A stretch of 64,000 nt of DNA from Bacteroidota bacterium (GCA_021286895.1 JAJTBN010000001.1:705-64704), one strand, 5' to 3'; positions 19,201-26,624 are shown, counted from the stretch's first letter. The notes: a model not told the origin generated them from the letters alone. Program-made: numbers and translations.

Positions 19201-19434
19201 TTTAATCCTGTACAGCCAGGCACGCAGATAATTTATAGTGTTGTTTTCTTTCTTCGCCGTTGAGTAAATGTCACCCAGTATAATTTCCGCCGACTTTGGC
19301 AGATCGTATGTATTCAGTGAATCTACTTGCCGCCACCTAAAATCGTAATCAACGGCCTGAGCAAAAACGCCGGTACTGAAAAACAGGATGAATAGAATGA
19401 TGAATGCCGCCGATGTCTGAATTTCCCGCTTCAT
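13237..19434 (-). CDS. Alpha-2-macroglobulin family protein with CxEQ thioester motif (2065 aa)
   Basis: Signal peptide FFSTGVFAQ and a long array of MG-like beta-sandwich regions. The thioester motif CAEQ in MEFPHECAEQVFSRIY is encoded at 14854-14865 (about residue 1524). The C-terminal receptor-binding-like domain has the overall architecture of bacterial A2Ms. Confidence 0.9.
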   Translation of the reverse strand: MKREIQTSAAFIILFILFFSTGVFAQAVDYDFRWRQVDSLNTYDLPKSAEIILGDIYSTAKKENNTINYLRAWLYRIKEIDYYKGDDFFNILREIKKEESGSEFPAKQILNYLIGDMYRSYYSANRYTLLERTKMTVDNADDVKTWDATRFIEEIINCFNNSIAEPERLQQIHIENYNEILNNYVYDGKIPNGRKYRPTLYDFLAFNAVECFSNTETGIIRPAEQFLMNDSVYTSDAGDFIKNSILTNDQYSLEYHAIKIFREIIKFHLYDENPEALVDADLMRLLFVKENSGNPAIEDLYIKALQRMHDKYEDNPVSSMIANKMAVVYQERGDKYKPGVNDEYKDDLRKSYSLCKNSADKFPESDGAQYCLALMDMLNRKYLELKHETCNTPNKPFKALVTYRNISKLYIKIIAVSPKDVLQIEKVYHKSRFNRRQIDSTIIEIFKTKSGVSRFSVDIPNDGDYMEHCAEIKLPPLPAGLYILQTGTDETFSGVNNIAGYSLLRINSISFISKSNYDDELEFFVLDRDTGVPLEGAIIKANIKREITNNENKDEDDEESINTKNETKEVEEVRTYISDRDGYFKIENTGDYEKFYLDIEYKDQFFSSKGYDFERAYTGDEFTQYGKKTPTNKTYTYFFKDRAIYRPGQTLYFKGITVNTIKGNESLAANKQITVELYDARDYKIAEKVFTTNEYGTFNGSFVLPLTDVTGRLEIRVPNYEGESRFDVEDYKRPAFEVKFNPFKGSPKPGDSVKVTGYAKSYSGAGLSNAKVVYNVERSVTYPNWYTYWSYNAHRYNGSNYTSILKGKTTTNSDGGFEVYFTAKADESISKEISPYFNYEITADITDINGETHTKNTSVSVGYNPLLLYVDVGNYVDINSEKTFKVITSNHNGEKTPAAGTIEIYRLKSPTKIFRERMWEKPDKFTMTKEEYYGYFPYDEYCDETDYTTWEKEMKVFEKSINTALDSSLVISGMENWQQGKYYMEMKVKDEHGEESKEYFYFTAYSRTSSSLPVPVFFEYFTNDKYEYETGENLEIMVGSPVPGSKALFEIEGTHGLIKREWISLNNEKKFIKFPIEETSKGNLVYNIAFVNSGRLISKEEFVEVTNPDSKLDISVSSFRNKIHPGDKEEWKIKIKDRKGRIFPAEMVATIYDASLDAISEHEWPVRGIFDYYNFRNHIIWENNVCFKTDAPWIYPDNWSSKSEFRGKKYDGLNRFLSNKEEDKIYYYLSRDRDRTKQIGYIRSSTEINESGNLTYERPGQIQYLIDLERYDPPNPLERFPKKKEENEIPKTRKDFRETVFFKPDLRTDENGEITISFVTPDALTKWKFMGFAHTKDLKRGMITKEFVTQKELMVTPNVPRYLREDDKVILSARITNITDKPLKGEAFLVLTDGVTMKNADTAFRNINSMKVFSADNNSSTVVNWEISVPYGFESVQYKITAEADNFSDGEEALLPVLSNRMLVTETMPMSVKGAETKTFSMNGLLNNNSNSLTNYKLSLEFTGNPAWYALQSLPYLMEFPHECAEQVFSRIYANSIGTFVVNGNPKIKEIFGKWKNENPDAFLSNLEKNEELKGLLLQETPWVMDAKNESERKRRMGNLFELKKMVSELDASVTKLKKMQAGSGGWPWFEGMPEDRYITQHITAGLGKLYKLGIRKQEDDIGIIVSALSFINRRLQDDYDRLNTNAIKNNVSINDDNLGYAQIQYLYARSFYKDIPIEGYCKDAFEYYKGQAAKYWNGKNIYSKGMIALALYRYGDSVTAGKIVNSLREYSTNSDESGMYWKDNSGGYYWYEAPIETQALMIEVFDEVAHDEKSVDGMKVWLLKNKQTNNWQTTKATVEAVYALMPKGENWLATESPADIIVGSQKIDMSGVEPGTGYFKTNWQWGEVKPEMGKVTVSRKPETGISWGALYWQYFQDIDKITKQETSLKVEKKLFKVEYTSEGEVIKPIDSTLKVGDKVRVRIELRSDRDMEYVHMKDMRAAGFEPLNVLSGYKYQGGLGFYESTRDAATNFFFNYLKKGTYVFEYDLRVNLSGDFSNGITTIQCMYAPEFASHSEGARVVISN

Positions 19435-20426
19435 ATATTGATTTTTGTTTTATCGTGAGTTTTCCGGATTTAAATGTTAAGTAAGGTGAACTTTGATTTC
19501 GAAAATCCGCGTGAAGCCGTTTCGTAAGCGAATAATTCTTCGTATGTCCAATAATGTTTTTATGGGTATGTAAAACGCGGAATGAAATGCTAACATAAAA
19601 ACGGATTTTCATATTCATATGGGTTTAGGCTGTTTCCTCATTGCCATCTTATTAATTTCTTAAATAACATAAAAGGAATAAAATAATAACCGAAACCGCT
19701 AGACATGTCCGGGTGTAACTTGAAAAACCAATTTTTATCATATTGTATTTCCAATCTCTTACGAGCCTAATGGTCATTTTTTTAATCAGATATACTCCCG
19801 CCTTATTATATTTGTATGTAATTTGTTCTTTGAAATTGTCGTGTTGTTAAGAAATAATATGAACGGAGAATGTGCGGAATTATTTTCTGAAATGATTTCA
19901 ATGCGCACTTTAGTTTATATACAAGATTATAGTGTCATATGATGGTATCAGATGTAAATACATGATTATTATTCTTTTATGGTCAAAAATTTGTTCGTAT
20001 GACACTTTTCTGATACGATTTCGGAAATTTTCATGCTCCGTATTGTTTTTTCAATACTTCGGTGAAACTTATCTGAGACATTTGTGTCAGATGGTGTCGT
20101 GTATTTGATATGTATGTGTCACGTTTATGCGGAGATTATAAATGTGGAGAACAAACTTTAAAAGTAATGATAACTTATGATATGATTTTCACAAAAAAAT
20201 TTTCTCCAATTTGTTTTCTCATTGACTTAAGCCGAAAGGAACAAAAAAAAGTTAAAATCCATGATAGGCTGTGATGTGTGACATATCGGTAGTTCCCAAA
20301 TACACGAAAAAATCTGATACGGAGTCTTTGACTTAAACTGTGAACAACAGTAACAATAGGTGCTTCGTTTATAGATATTGTCGTATAAGTGATAGCCTCC
20401 TCGCGGATTCGACGGTAAGATGAAAA

Positions 20427-20574
20427 GTAATTAGTTACGAAAATTCAGAATCTAAAGAATCGTATCCGGGAGTCTCCCGGTTTTAACCGGGGACTCTCGG
20501 TAACAGAGAAAGGTGTCGTTTTTCGAAGCCTCTAACTACTAACTTCTAACTACTAACTTCTGCTCTTAAAATTG
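20427..20574. repeat. Third copy of the hairpin plus heptad-stop module, 10 nt downstream of the cysteine-synthase-family stop codon
   Basis: Hairpin core at 20466-20500 and heptads at 20532-20559. The last 46 nt are identical to 13191-13236. Same orientation as the copies at 12985-13236. Confidence 0.85.
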
Positions 20575-20584
20575 AAGCGAAGCG

Positions 20585-21550
20585 TCAGAACCCGTGTTCT
20601 TTCAGCCAGTTGTCGTTGTGGTATTTTGAGAGATATCTTTCTCCCGTGTCGCATACGAGAAAGACAACGATGTCGCCGCTGCCGAGCGTTTTCGCTTTTT
20701 CAAGAGCGGCATAGCAGGCAGTGCCCGATGAGGCGCCGCAAAATATTCCTTCTTCGTATGAAAGTTTTCTGCACATGCTTATCGAGTCCGAATCCTTCAC
20801 GCTTACGATTTCGTCGACGTACGTGAAGTCGGTTATCGGCGGAATTATGTCCGTGCCCAGTCCCTCTATCTGATGCATCGTTGTCTCCGCGATGTTTCCC
20901 GTGTCTTTGTACAGTTTGAAGTTCGAGCCGACAGGGTCAACCCCTGTGATGTGTATGTTTGGATTTTTCTCTTTAAGGTATTTTGAAACTCCGGTGATTG
21001 TTCCTGCGGTTCCTACTCCGCATACGAAGTGGGTTATTTTTCCTTCCGTGTCTTTCCATATTTCAGGACCTGTCGTTCTGTAATGCGCTTCAGGATTCGA
21101 CATGTTCGCGTACTGATTCAGGTTGATGCCGCCCGGTATTGAATCTGCAATCGATTTCGCCCTGTTGCGGTAATAGTCGGGAGAATCGGGCGCCGCTTCT
21201 TTGGGTACTATTACTACTTCAGCGCCGAGCGCCTTGAGGTAATTTCTTTTTTCCGCGCCTATCTTGTCTGTCATGACGAGTATAACCCTGTATCCCTTTA
21301 CGCGTCCCGTGAGAGCAAGTCCGATACCGGTGTTTCCGCTCGTTGCTTCTACAATCGTAGCTCCCGGTTTCAAAAGTCCAGATTTCTCAGAGTCTTCAAT
21401 CATTGCAAGCCCGACGCGGTCTTTCACGCTTCCGCCCGGGTTCGAAAATTCTATCTTCGCGAGCACAGTCGCGCTGATTCCCTCTGTCAGCCTGCTGAGT
21501 CTGACGAGAGGGGTGTTGCCGATTAATCCTAATATGTTTTCGTAATACAT
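20585..21550 (-). CDS. PLP-dependent cysteine synthase / cystathionine beta-synthase family enzyme
   Basis: 321 aa. NPGGSVKDR (PLP lysine), SGNTGIGLA and GVGTAGTITG loops are diagnostic of the CysK/CysM/CBS fold type II family. The subfamily was not resolved. Confidence 0.85.
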   Translation of the reverse strand: MYYENILGLIGNTPLVRLSRLTEGISATVLAKIEFSNPGGSVKDRVGLAMIEDSEKSGLLKPGATIVEATSGNTGIGLALTGRVKGYRVILVMTDKIGAEKRNYLKALGAEVVIVPKEAAPDSPDYYRNRAKSIADSIPGGINLNQYANMSNPEAHYRTTGPEIWKDTEGKITHFVCGVGTAGTITGVSKYLKEKNPNIHITGVDPVGSNFKLYKDTGNIAETTMHQIEGLGTDIIPPITDFTYVDEIVSVKDSDSISMCRKLSYEEGIFCGASSGTACYAALEKAKTLGSGDIVVFLVCDTGERYLSKYHNDNWLKEHGF

Positions 21551-21613
21551 CTATTTTGTTATGTTGTATTTGCAAATATACATTGACTTTATAAGAATAT
21601 CCGTGTAATTTTG

Positions 21614-21633
21614 TTATGAACGTATGTTCATAA
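21614..21633. promoter_or_regulatory. Perfect 8-4-8 palindrome TTATGAAC-GTAT-GTTCATAA in the divergent promoter region
   Basis: Located 20 nt upstream of the His-rich NifX-like start (21653) and 64 nt upstream of the divergent cysteine-synthase-family start (21550). Confidence 0.4.
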
Positions 21634-21652
21634 TAACTCAAAAGGAAAATAT

Positions 21653-22063
21653 ATGCAAATGAAAATAGCGGTAGCGTCTGACGACGGAATAAGTCTCACT
21701 GGTCATGTCGGTAGATGCGAAATGTTTCTCGTCTTCGACGTTGACGGAAACACGATAAAAAACGTAGAGCAGAGACCGAATACCTTTACAATGCACAAAC
21801 AGGGACATCACCACGAGCATGACCATCATCAGGGTCACGAACACGGGCATCACCACTCTCACGAAGGGATAGTGAGCGGCCTTTCCGACTGCAGGTATCT
21901 TATCTGTAGCTGCGCGGGACCCGGCCTTATCTCTGACCTCGCGGCGAACGGTATAATGACACTGCTTACGGATGAGACTGCGGCTGAAACCGCGGTTCTT
22001 CAGTATCTCGAGGGAACGCTTCCAGTAGACGACAATAAAGCGTGCAAAGGACATAATCACTGA
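21653..22063 (+). CDS. NifB/NifX-family (dinitrogenase FeMo-cofactor-binding-like) small protein with a His-rich insertion
   Basis: KIAVASDDGISLTGHVGRCEMFLVFDV and CRYLICSCAGPGLISDLAANGI fit the NifX/NafY-like domain. A 25-aa insert reads HKQGHHHEHDHHQGHEHGHHHSHEG, and the C-terminus reads KGHNH. Confidence 0.75.
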   Translation: MQMKIAVASDDGISLTGHVGRCEMFLVFDVDGNTIKNVEQRPNTFTMHKQGHHHEHDHHQGHEHGHHHSHEGIVSGLSDCRYLICSCAGPGLISDLAANGIMTLLTDETAAETAVLQYLEGTLPVDDNKACKGHNH

Positions 22064-22065
22064 TT

Positions 22066-22503
22066 ATGGCGCGGCCGGTTAAAATACGGAAGATACTCTT
22101 TCCTCGCGCAGACGAAATCGTTAACCTCAGGGAAAACGCCAAGCCGGGAAAACCCGTTTTAATGACTGAGGACGAATTCGAGTCAATCATTCTTGTAGAT
22201 TACGAAAAGATGATGCATCTTCAGGCCTCGGAATTGATGGGCGTTTCAAGACCTACGCTTACAAGGATATACGAGCGCGCGAGAATGAAACTTGCCGAGG
22301 CTCTCGTCGAGTCCAGGCAGATTAAAATAACCGGCGGGAAGGTCGAGACCGGACAGGAATGGTTCGAATGTATTTCCTGCGGCAGTGTTTTCAACCTGCC
22401 CGGAAAGAAGATTCCGGATTCCTGTCCGGTTTGTTCGGCTCAAGCGAAAAAAATTAAACTTATAAAAAATGACGGCAATAGGAGTGACAGGAGAATATTT
22501 TGA
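22066..22503 (+). CDS. DUF134 (UPF0251) family putative DNA-binding protein with C-terminal zinc ribbon
   Basis: MARPVKIRKI...LMTEDEFESIILVDYEKMMHLQASELMGVSRPTLTRIYERARMKLAEALVE matches the DUF134 HTH pattern. The C-terminal CISCGSVF...CPVCSA has two CxxC pairs. The start is 2 nt after the upstream stop. Confidence 0.75.
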   Translation: MARPVKIRKILFPRADEIVNLRENAKPGKPVLMTEDEFESIILVDYEKMMHLQASELMGVSRPTLTRIYERARMKLAEALVESRQIKITGGKVETGQEWFECISCGSVFNLPGKKIPDSCPVCSAQAKKIKLIKNDGNRSDRRIF

Positions 22504-22795
22504 AGCGCCGCTGAGCGAATGCTTCGGAAAGAGCGAATATTTTTTTGTTTATGACAGGGCATCGGGAAAGTACAGGTTCCTGCAGAATCCAAGGATAGAC
22601 GAAAAAGAAAAATCCGGGAAAAACGCCGCGTCTTTTCTCGTAAAAAGCGGTGTCACTACCGTCATGTCCTATAACGTAGGCAGTAACGCGAAAAAAGTGT
22701 TCGACCGCGGCAAAGTTCAGATAGTAGTCCTGTCGGATAATTTCAAGACGCTCAAGGATGTTTTGAAAAAAATGAAACTCAATCTTAAGAGTTAA
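22469..22795 (+). CDS. NifB/NifX-family small protein (second copy)
   Basis: 108 aa. CFGKSEYFFVYD...NAASFLVKSGVTTVMSYNVGSNAKKVFDRGKVQIV fits the same domain. Overlaps the DUF134 gene by 35 nt. Confidence 0.65.
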   Translation: MTAIGVTGEYFEAPLSECFGKSEYFFVYDRASGKYRFLQNPRIDEKEKSGKNAASFLVKSGVTTVMSYNVGSNAKKVFDRGKVQIVVLSDNFKTLKDVLKKMKLNLKS

Positions 22796-23051
22796 TGATA
22801 TCGTAATACGTGTCTGCGAATAGATGTTTCGGCGAATACGTGACGCCGTACCTTCCGGGATTTCTCACGAACGCCCTCAAATGGTTGCCGGATTAAGTCA
22901 TAGTCATACACAGTTAGAAATATTCCGCTTACAAATATGACGATTTTTATACGAAAAGTGTCGAATCGGATTGATAAAACAGGCATTAAATCTGCATTTT
23001 CCTTGGTACGGAATTTGTCATTATTTCAGTATATTAACATTCAAAAAATTT

Positions 23052-23960
23052 ATGTCATCCAGAAGAAAAAATTTTATTACAGTTTTGTTTCTGCTAATCC
23101 CCGTAGTTATACTTGCTCAGGAACACAGTGAAATGAAAGCGGGAAAGTCTTTAGCGGATTTTCTATTTTCGGTAAAGTACTATTCCGTATTCGGTTTTAC
23201 GATTTTAAGTTTGTTTGTTCTTTGGTTTCGAAAATTTTCGGATAAAGTACGCGTAGCGGTAACCGCGTCCGCATTCCTTCTTTTCGGTGTAGCGCCTTTA
23301 TCCGCTGATTATCTTTTTCTTTCGCCGTCGCCTGTATGCGCGGTCACGAAACCTTTTCTATTCGGATTAAGGCCGCAGTTTCTCGCGACGCTTTCGAGCG
23401 TCGGTGTGCTTTCTCTCATAAGTTCGAAAGGATTCTGCTCGACCGCCTGTCCCGTAGGCGGTCTGCAGGAACTGCTACACAAAATTCCTTTTTACCGCAA
23501 GTTTAAATTCAGTTTTCTTGTTTCGAACTCGGTAAGATTCGGGCTTTTCGTTTTGTTTATCGTTGTTGCCGTGACGCTGAAAACATCGGCTTATTTTTAT
23601 TACAATCTGTTCGACCTTATTCACTGGGATTTCAGCATGCCGGCGGTTGAACTGGCAGAGTTTATTCTGTTCCTCGCCATTATTCTCTTTGCGAGCGTGA
23701 TATTTTTCAAGCCGTTCTGTTATTTCATCTGCCCGATGGGGCTTGTAACATGGGTGCTTGAGCATTTTGCCGTTTTGAAGGTGCGGGTTGACAAGAGCAA
23801 ATGCAACGCATGCGGACTGTGCGAAAAAGTTTCTCCCTGTCCTTCAGTAAAATCAATACTCGACAACAAACTGATACGCGGCGACTGCCACCTTTGCGGA
23901 GTATGTCTAAATACATGCGAAAGGAACGCGCTCTATTACGGCGCGCTTACGAAAAAGTAA
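23052..23960 (+). CDS. NapH/MauN-like polytopic membrane 4Fe-4S protein
   Basis: Several TM helices and two CxxxCP motifs (CSTACPVGG, CYFICPMGL). Two C-terminal ferredoxin-type clusters (CNACGLCEKVSPCP, CHLCGVCLNTCERNA). The ATG at 23052 is preferred over the upstream TTG at 22971. Confidence 0.75.
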   Translation: MSSRRKNFITVLFLLIPVVILAQEHSEMKAGKSLADFLFSVKYYSVFGFTILSLFVLWFRKFSDKVRVAVTASAFLLFGVAPLSADYLFLSPSPVCAVTKPFLFGLRPQFLATLSSVGVLSLISSKGFCSTACPVGGLQELLHKIPFYRKFKFSFLVSNSVRFGLFVLFIVVAVTLKTSAYFYYNLFDLIHWDFSMPAVELAEFILFLAIILFASVIFFKPFCYFICPMGLVTWVLEHFAVLKVRVDKSKCNACGLCEKVSPCPSVKSILDNKLIRGDCHLCGVCLNTCERNALYYGALTKK

Positions 23961-24127
23961 GCGGTTTACAATTTTGCGGTAACAAAAACCCCCTTTGAAA
24001 GTGGGGCTTTGTTTTATGAATGCGCGCCTGACTTTTTTATTCGCATTTCATAAATATAATCGCGGATGCAACCTATTTAAGTCCCGATTCGTATAAATTA
24101 ATAAAGAAATAATTTACCGGAGGGGCT

Positions 24128-26569
24128 ATGAGTTTTAAAAGAAAAACAACAATATTTTCCGTTTTATTCATGTTAGTGTTTGCCGTTCAGGGATTCGCGC
24201 AGCTGTCCGTTTCGGGAACCGTAGTCAAGGGGACGGTCACCGATAAGGCAACAGGCAATCCGCTCGAAGCGGCGACAATTCAGATTTTCAATTCAATCGA
24301 TTCCGTTCTCGTCACAGGAGGTTCCAGTGATAAGGACGGGACATTCCTCGTATCCGGTCTTACTGAAGGCGTTTACAATATCAAAGTAAGTTATATAGGA
24401 TACACTACCGCCGTTGCCCGAAACGTTAAAGTCGGCAAGGACAGAAAAGAAGTAAACCTCGGCAAAGTGCAGTTGGAGATGAATTCGGAAATGACACAGC
24501 AGATAGACGTAGTGGATGAAGCGCCCGCTATGACTTTCGAGGCGGGGAAAAAAGTTTACGACGTTAAGAAGGATTTAACGGCGAAGAACGGAAACGCGCT
24601 TGAAATGCTCAAGAACGTTCCGTCCGTCGAAGTCGACAACGACGGCAACGTAAGCCTTCGCGGAAGCGCGAACGTGAAAATACTTATTGACGGTAAACCG
24701 TCGGCGCTTTTAAGCAACGGCACGCAGGTTCTGCAGAATATTCCCGCGGCGATGATTGACAAGGTCGAGGTTATAAACAACCCGTCCGCGAAATACGAGG
24801 CGGAAGGCGTTTCGGGAATCATTAATATTATAATGAAGCCGAGCAACGAATTCGGTTACAACGGAAACGTGAAGGTAAACGGCGGAACGGAAGACAAGTA
24901 TAATCTGTCGACAGGCGCTTCTTTAAAAAAGAGCAAATGGACGATGAACGGAAACTACAGTTACTGGAGTTACAACCTTCCGGGCGTTTCAAGAGTTTAC
25001 CGTCAGGTTTACAACCCCGGCGGCATTTCGAACGTTAACACAAATCTCTTCTGGGGATACAAGGGTATCTCGCATTACGGCTCTTTCGGCTCGGATTACG
25101 AAATAGATAAGAAGAACACGCTTTCGCTTGTCGCGAACATTTTTTACTATGACAGGACAATCAAATCAACAAACAATCTTGACGTGCTGAACACAGGCGG
25201 CAACTCCGGCCTGCTTGTCGATATGGACGACGGAAGGAACGGCTACAATCTCGACGCGACGCTTACTTACACAAGAAAGTACGAACAGAAGGAAAGGGAA
25301 CTGACAGCGTTTGTGAATTATTCAACGAGGAAAGAAGACAGTCCGACACATTACATAAACCATCTTGACGGCTCGACTTTTTATCAGGATAAGTTTTCGA
25401 GATACTACTTCAATTTTCTGAACGGGCAGGGCGATTACGTTCATCCGCTCGGTGAAAAGTCGAAGATAGAAACAGGATTAAAGACAAACATCAGGTCGAT
25501 AGAGGGAAATTATACTTTCAAATATCTCGACAGTCTTTCGGGCGGATGGCTTCCCATTCCAGGCAGGGACAACGACGCGAGTTACAGGGACGCTATTTCA
25601 GCCGCATACCTGACGTTTTCAGGAGCGTACAAGGATTTCACTTATCAGGCAGGGCTGAGGGCAGAGCACACATACATAGATTTTTCAATACTTAAGGGGA
25701 CTGAGAAGCACAACAGCAATTACTTCGACCTGTTCCCGTCGGCGAGCATGTCGCAGAAAATAGGAAACTCAAACCAGTTCCAGTTGAGTTACAGCAGAAG
25801 GATAAACAGACCTAACCTGTTCCTTCTAAATCCATTCGTGGACCAGTTCGACGCTTACACAAAGCGTTCGGGAAATCCGTATCTTGAGCCCGAATACATC
25901 AACTCGGTCGAACTTGGGTATACGCGTTTTCTGAAATTCGGTTCTGTAACGATATCGACATATTACAGAAACCTTAACAACATGATTAACTTTGTTTCAA
26001 ATGTAGATTCGAACGGAGTCTCCATGTCGAAGCCTGAGAACGCGGGCAAGTCGAATACATACGGAACGGAACTCATACTTCAGGGATATCTCGCGAAGTG
26101 GTGGTCGCTAAACGGCAGTTTTAGTTATTACAATACAAATCTTTTCAACAACGACCCTGCTAACAGTTTTGACAAGACGTACGACGCGTGGACGGCGAGA
26201 TTCTCGACGAACGCGTCGATTCCCGACATCGCGGATTTTTCGCTTTCGTATTTCTACTTCGGAAAGCAGCAAAATTCACAGGGCTCCATAGACCCGATGC
26301 AGATGTTCAACCTTGCGGTGCAAAAAGGATTCTTCGACAAGAAACTCATTATCGGTTTCAGGGTAAATGATCTGTTCAACCAGCAGAAGTTTTACCTGAC
26401 GTCTTCAGGCAGCAACTTCACGCAGTCGGTATTCCAGAAGACAAATTCAAGGTCGGCATTCCTGACTGTAACGTTCAATTTCGGCGACCTCGGAAGGACC
26501 GACGCGCAGAAGACGTCGCAGAGAAAACAGAGGGAAATCGAAACAGAAATTCAACAGACAGGTAACTAA
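24128..26569 (+). CDS. TonB-dependent receptor / outer-membrane beta-barrel family protein with N-terminal carboxypeptidase-regulatory-like domain
   Basis: Signal peptide and a GTVTDKATGNPLEAATIQ CarbopepD-reg-like fold. The plug reads LEMLKNVPSVEVDNDGNVSLRGSANVKILIDGKP. The long barrel ends in TVTFNFG followed by a ~30-aa charged tail. Confidence 0.85.
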   Translation: MSFKRKTTIFSVLFMLVFAVQGFAQLSVSGTVVKGTVTDKATGNPLEAATIQIFNSIDSVLVTGGSSDKDGTFLVSGLTEGVYNIKVSYIGYTTAVARNVKVGKDRKEVNLGKVQLEMNSEMTQQIDVVDEAPAMTFEAGKKVYDVKKDLTAKNGNALEMLKNVPSVEVDNDGNVSLRGSANVKILIDGKPSALLSNGTQVLQNIPAAMIDKVEVINNPSAKYEAEGVSGIINIIMKPSNEFGYNGNVKVNGGTEDKYNLSTGASLKKSKWTMNGNYSYWSYNLPGVSRVYRQVYNPGGISNVNTNLFWGYKGISHYGSFGSDYEIDKKNTLSLVANIFYYDRTIKSTNNLDVLNTGGNSGLLVDMDDGRNGYNLDATLTYTRKYEQKERELTAFVNYSTRKEDSPTHYINHLDGSTFYQDKFSRYYFNFLNGQGDYVHPLGEKSKIETGLKTNIRSIEGNYTFKYLDSLSGGWLPIPGRDNDASYRDAISAAYLTFSGAYKDFTYQAGLRAEHTYIDFSILKGTEKHNSNYFDLFPSASMSQKIGNSNQFQLSYSRRINRPNLFLLNPFVDQFDAYTKRSGNPYLEPEYINSVELGYTRFLKFGSVTISTYYRNLNNMINFVSNVDSNGVSMSKPENAGKSNTYGTELILQGYLAKWWSLNGSFSYYNTNLFNNDPANSFDKTYDAWTARFSTNASIPDIADFSLSYFYFGKQQNSQGSIDPMQMFNLAVQKGFFDKKLIIGFRVNDLFNQQKFYLTSSGSNFTQSVFQKTNSRSAFLTVTFNFGDLGRTDAQKTSQRKQREIETEIQQTGN

Positions 26570-26593
26570 TATAATAATCCGAAAAGACGAAGA

Positions 26594-26624
26594 GGGAGCG
26601 CCGCCTGTAGGGCGCCCCTTTTTT
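26594..26624 (+). terminator. Intrinsic terminator
   Basis: GGGAGCGCC pairs with GGCGCCCC and is followed by a T6 run. Confidence 0.55.

Noticed and set aside
19859-20108. Small ORFs of 27 aa (19859-19942) and 48 aa (19962-20108) in the ORF-free tract as hidden peptide genes.
   Set aside because: Their composition (Ile, Leu, Phe, Ser, Cys, Tyr) is what translated AT-rich DNA gives. They have no ribosome-binding site or recognisable motif. They are kept only as a note within the tract finding.
20395-20425. GGATTCGAC, resembling a tRNA or tmRNA T-loop on the minus strand.
   Set aside because: The flanking bases cannot form a 5-bp T-stem or an acceptor stem, and no cloverleaf can be drawn.
19435-20426. 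The AT-rich ORF-free kilobase as a replication origin.
   Set aside because: Only one near-consensus DnaA box (TGTGGAGAA at about 20143) was seen. No cluster of TTATCCACA-like boxes is present, and no dnaA, dnaN or gid genes are nearby.
21614-21633. The GAAC-N4-GTTC palindrome as a LexA (Cheo-type) SOS box.
   Set aside because: The flanking genes (cysteine-synthase family and NifX-like) are not SOS functions, and no lexA, recA or uvr gene is in the window. It is retained as a generic operator candidate only.
22971-23051. An upstream TTG start extending the NapH-like ORF. Similar TTG extensions occur at 51902 for the thioesterase and 11823 for OsmC. The ORFs at 52603, 45018 and 63649 (start codon not checked) were also trimmed.
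   Set aside because: The extensions overlap upstream genes or promoter-like sequence and add non-homologous residues. The downstream ATGs give N-termini typical of each family.
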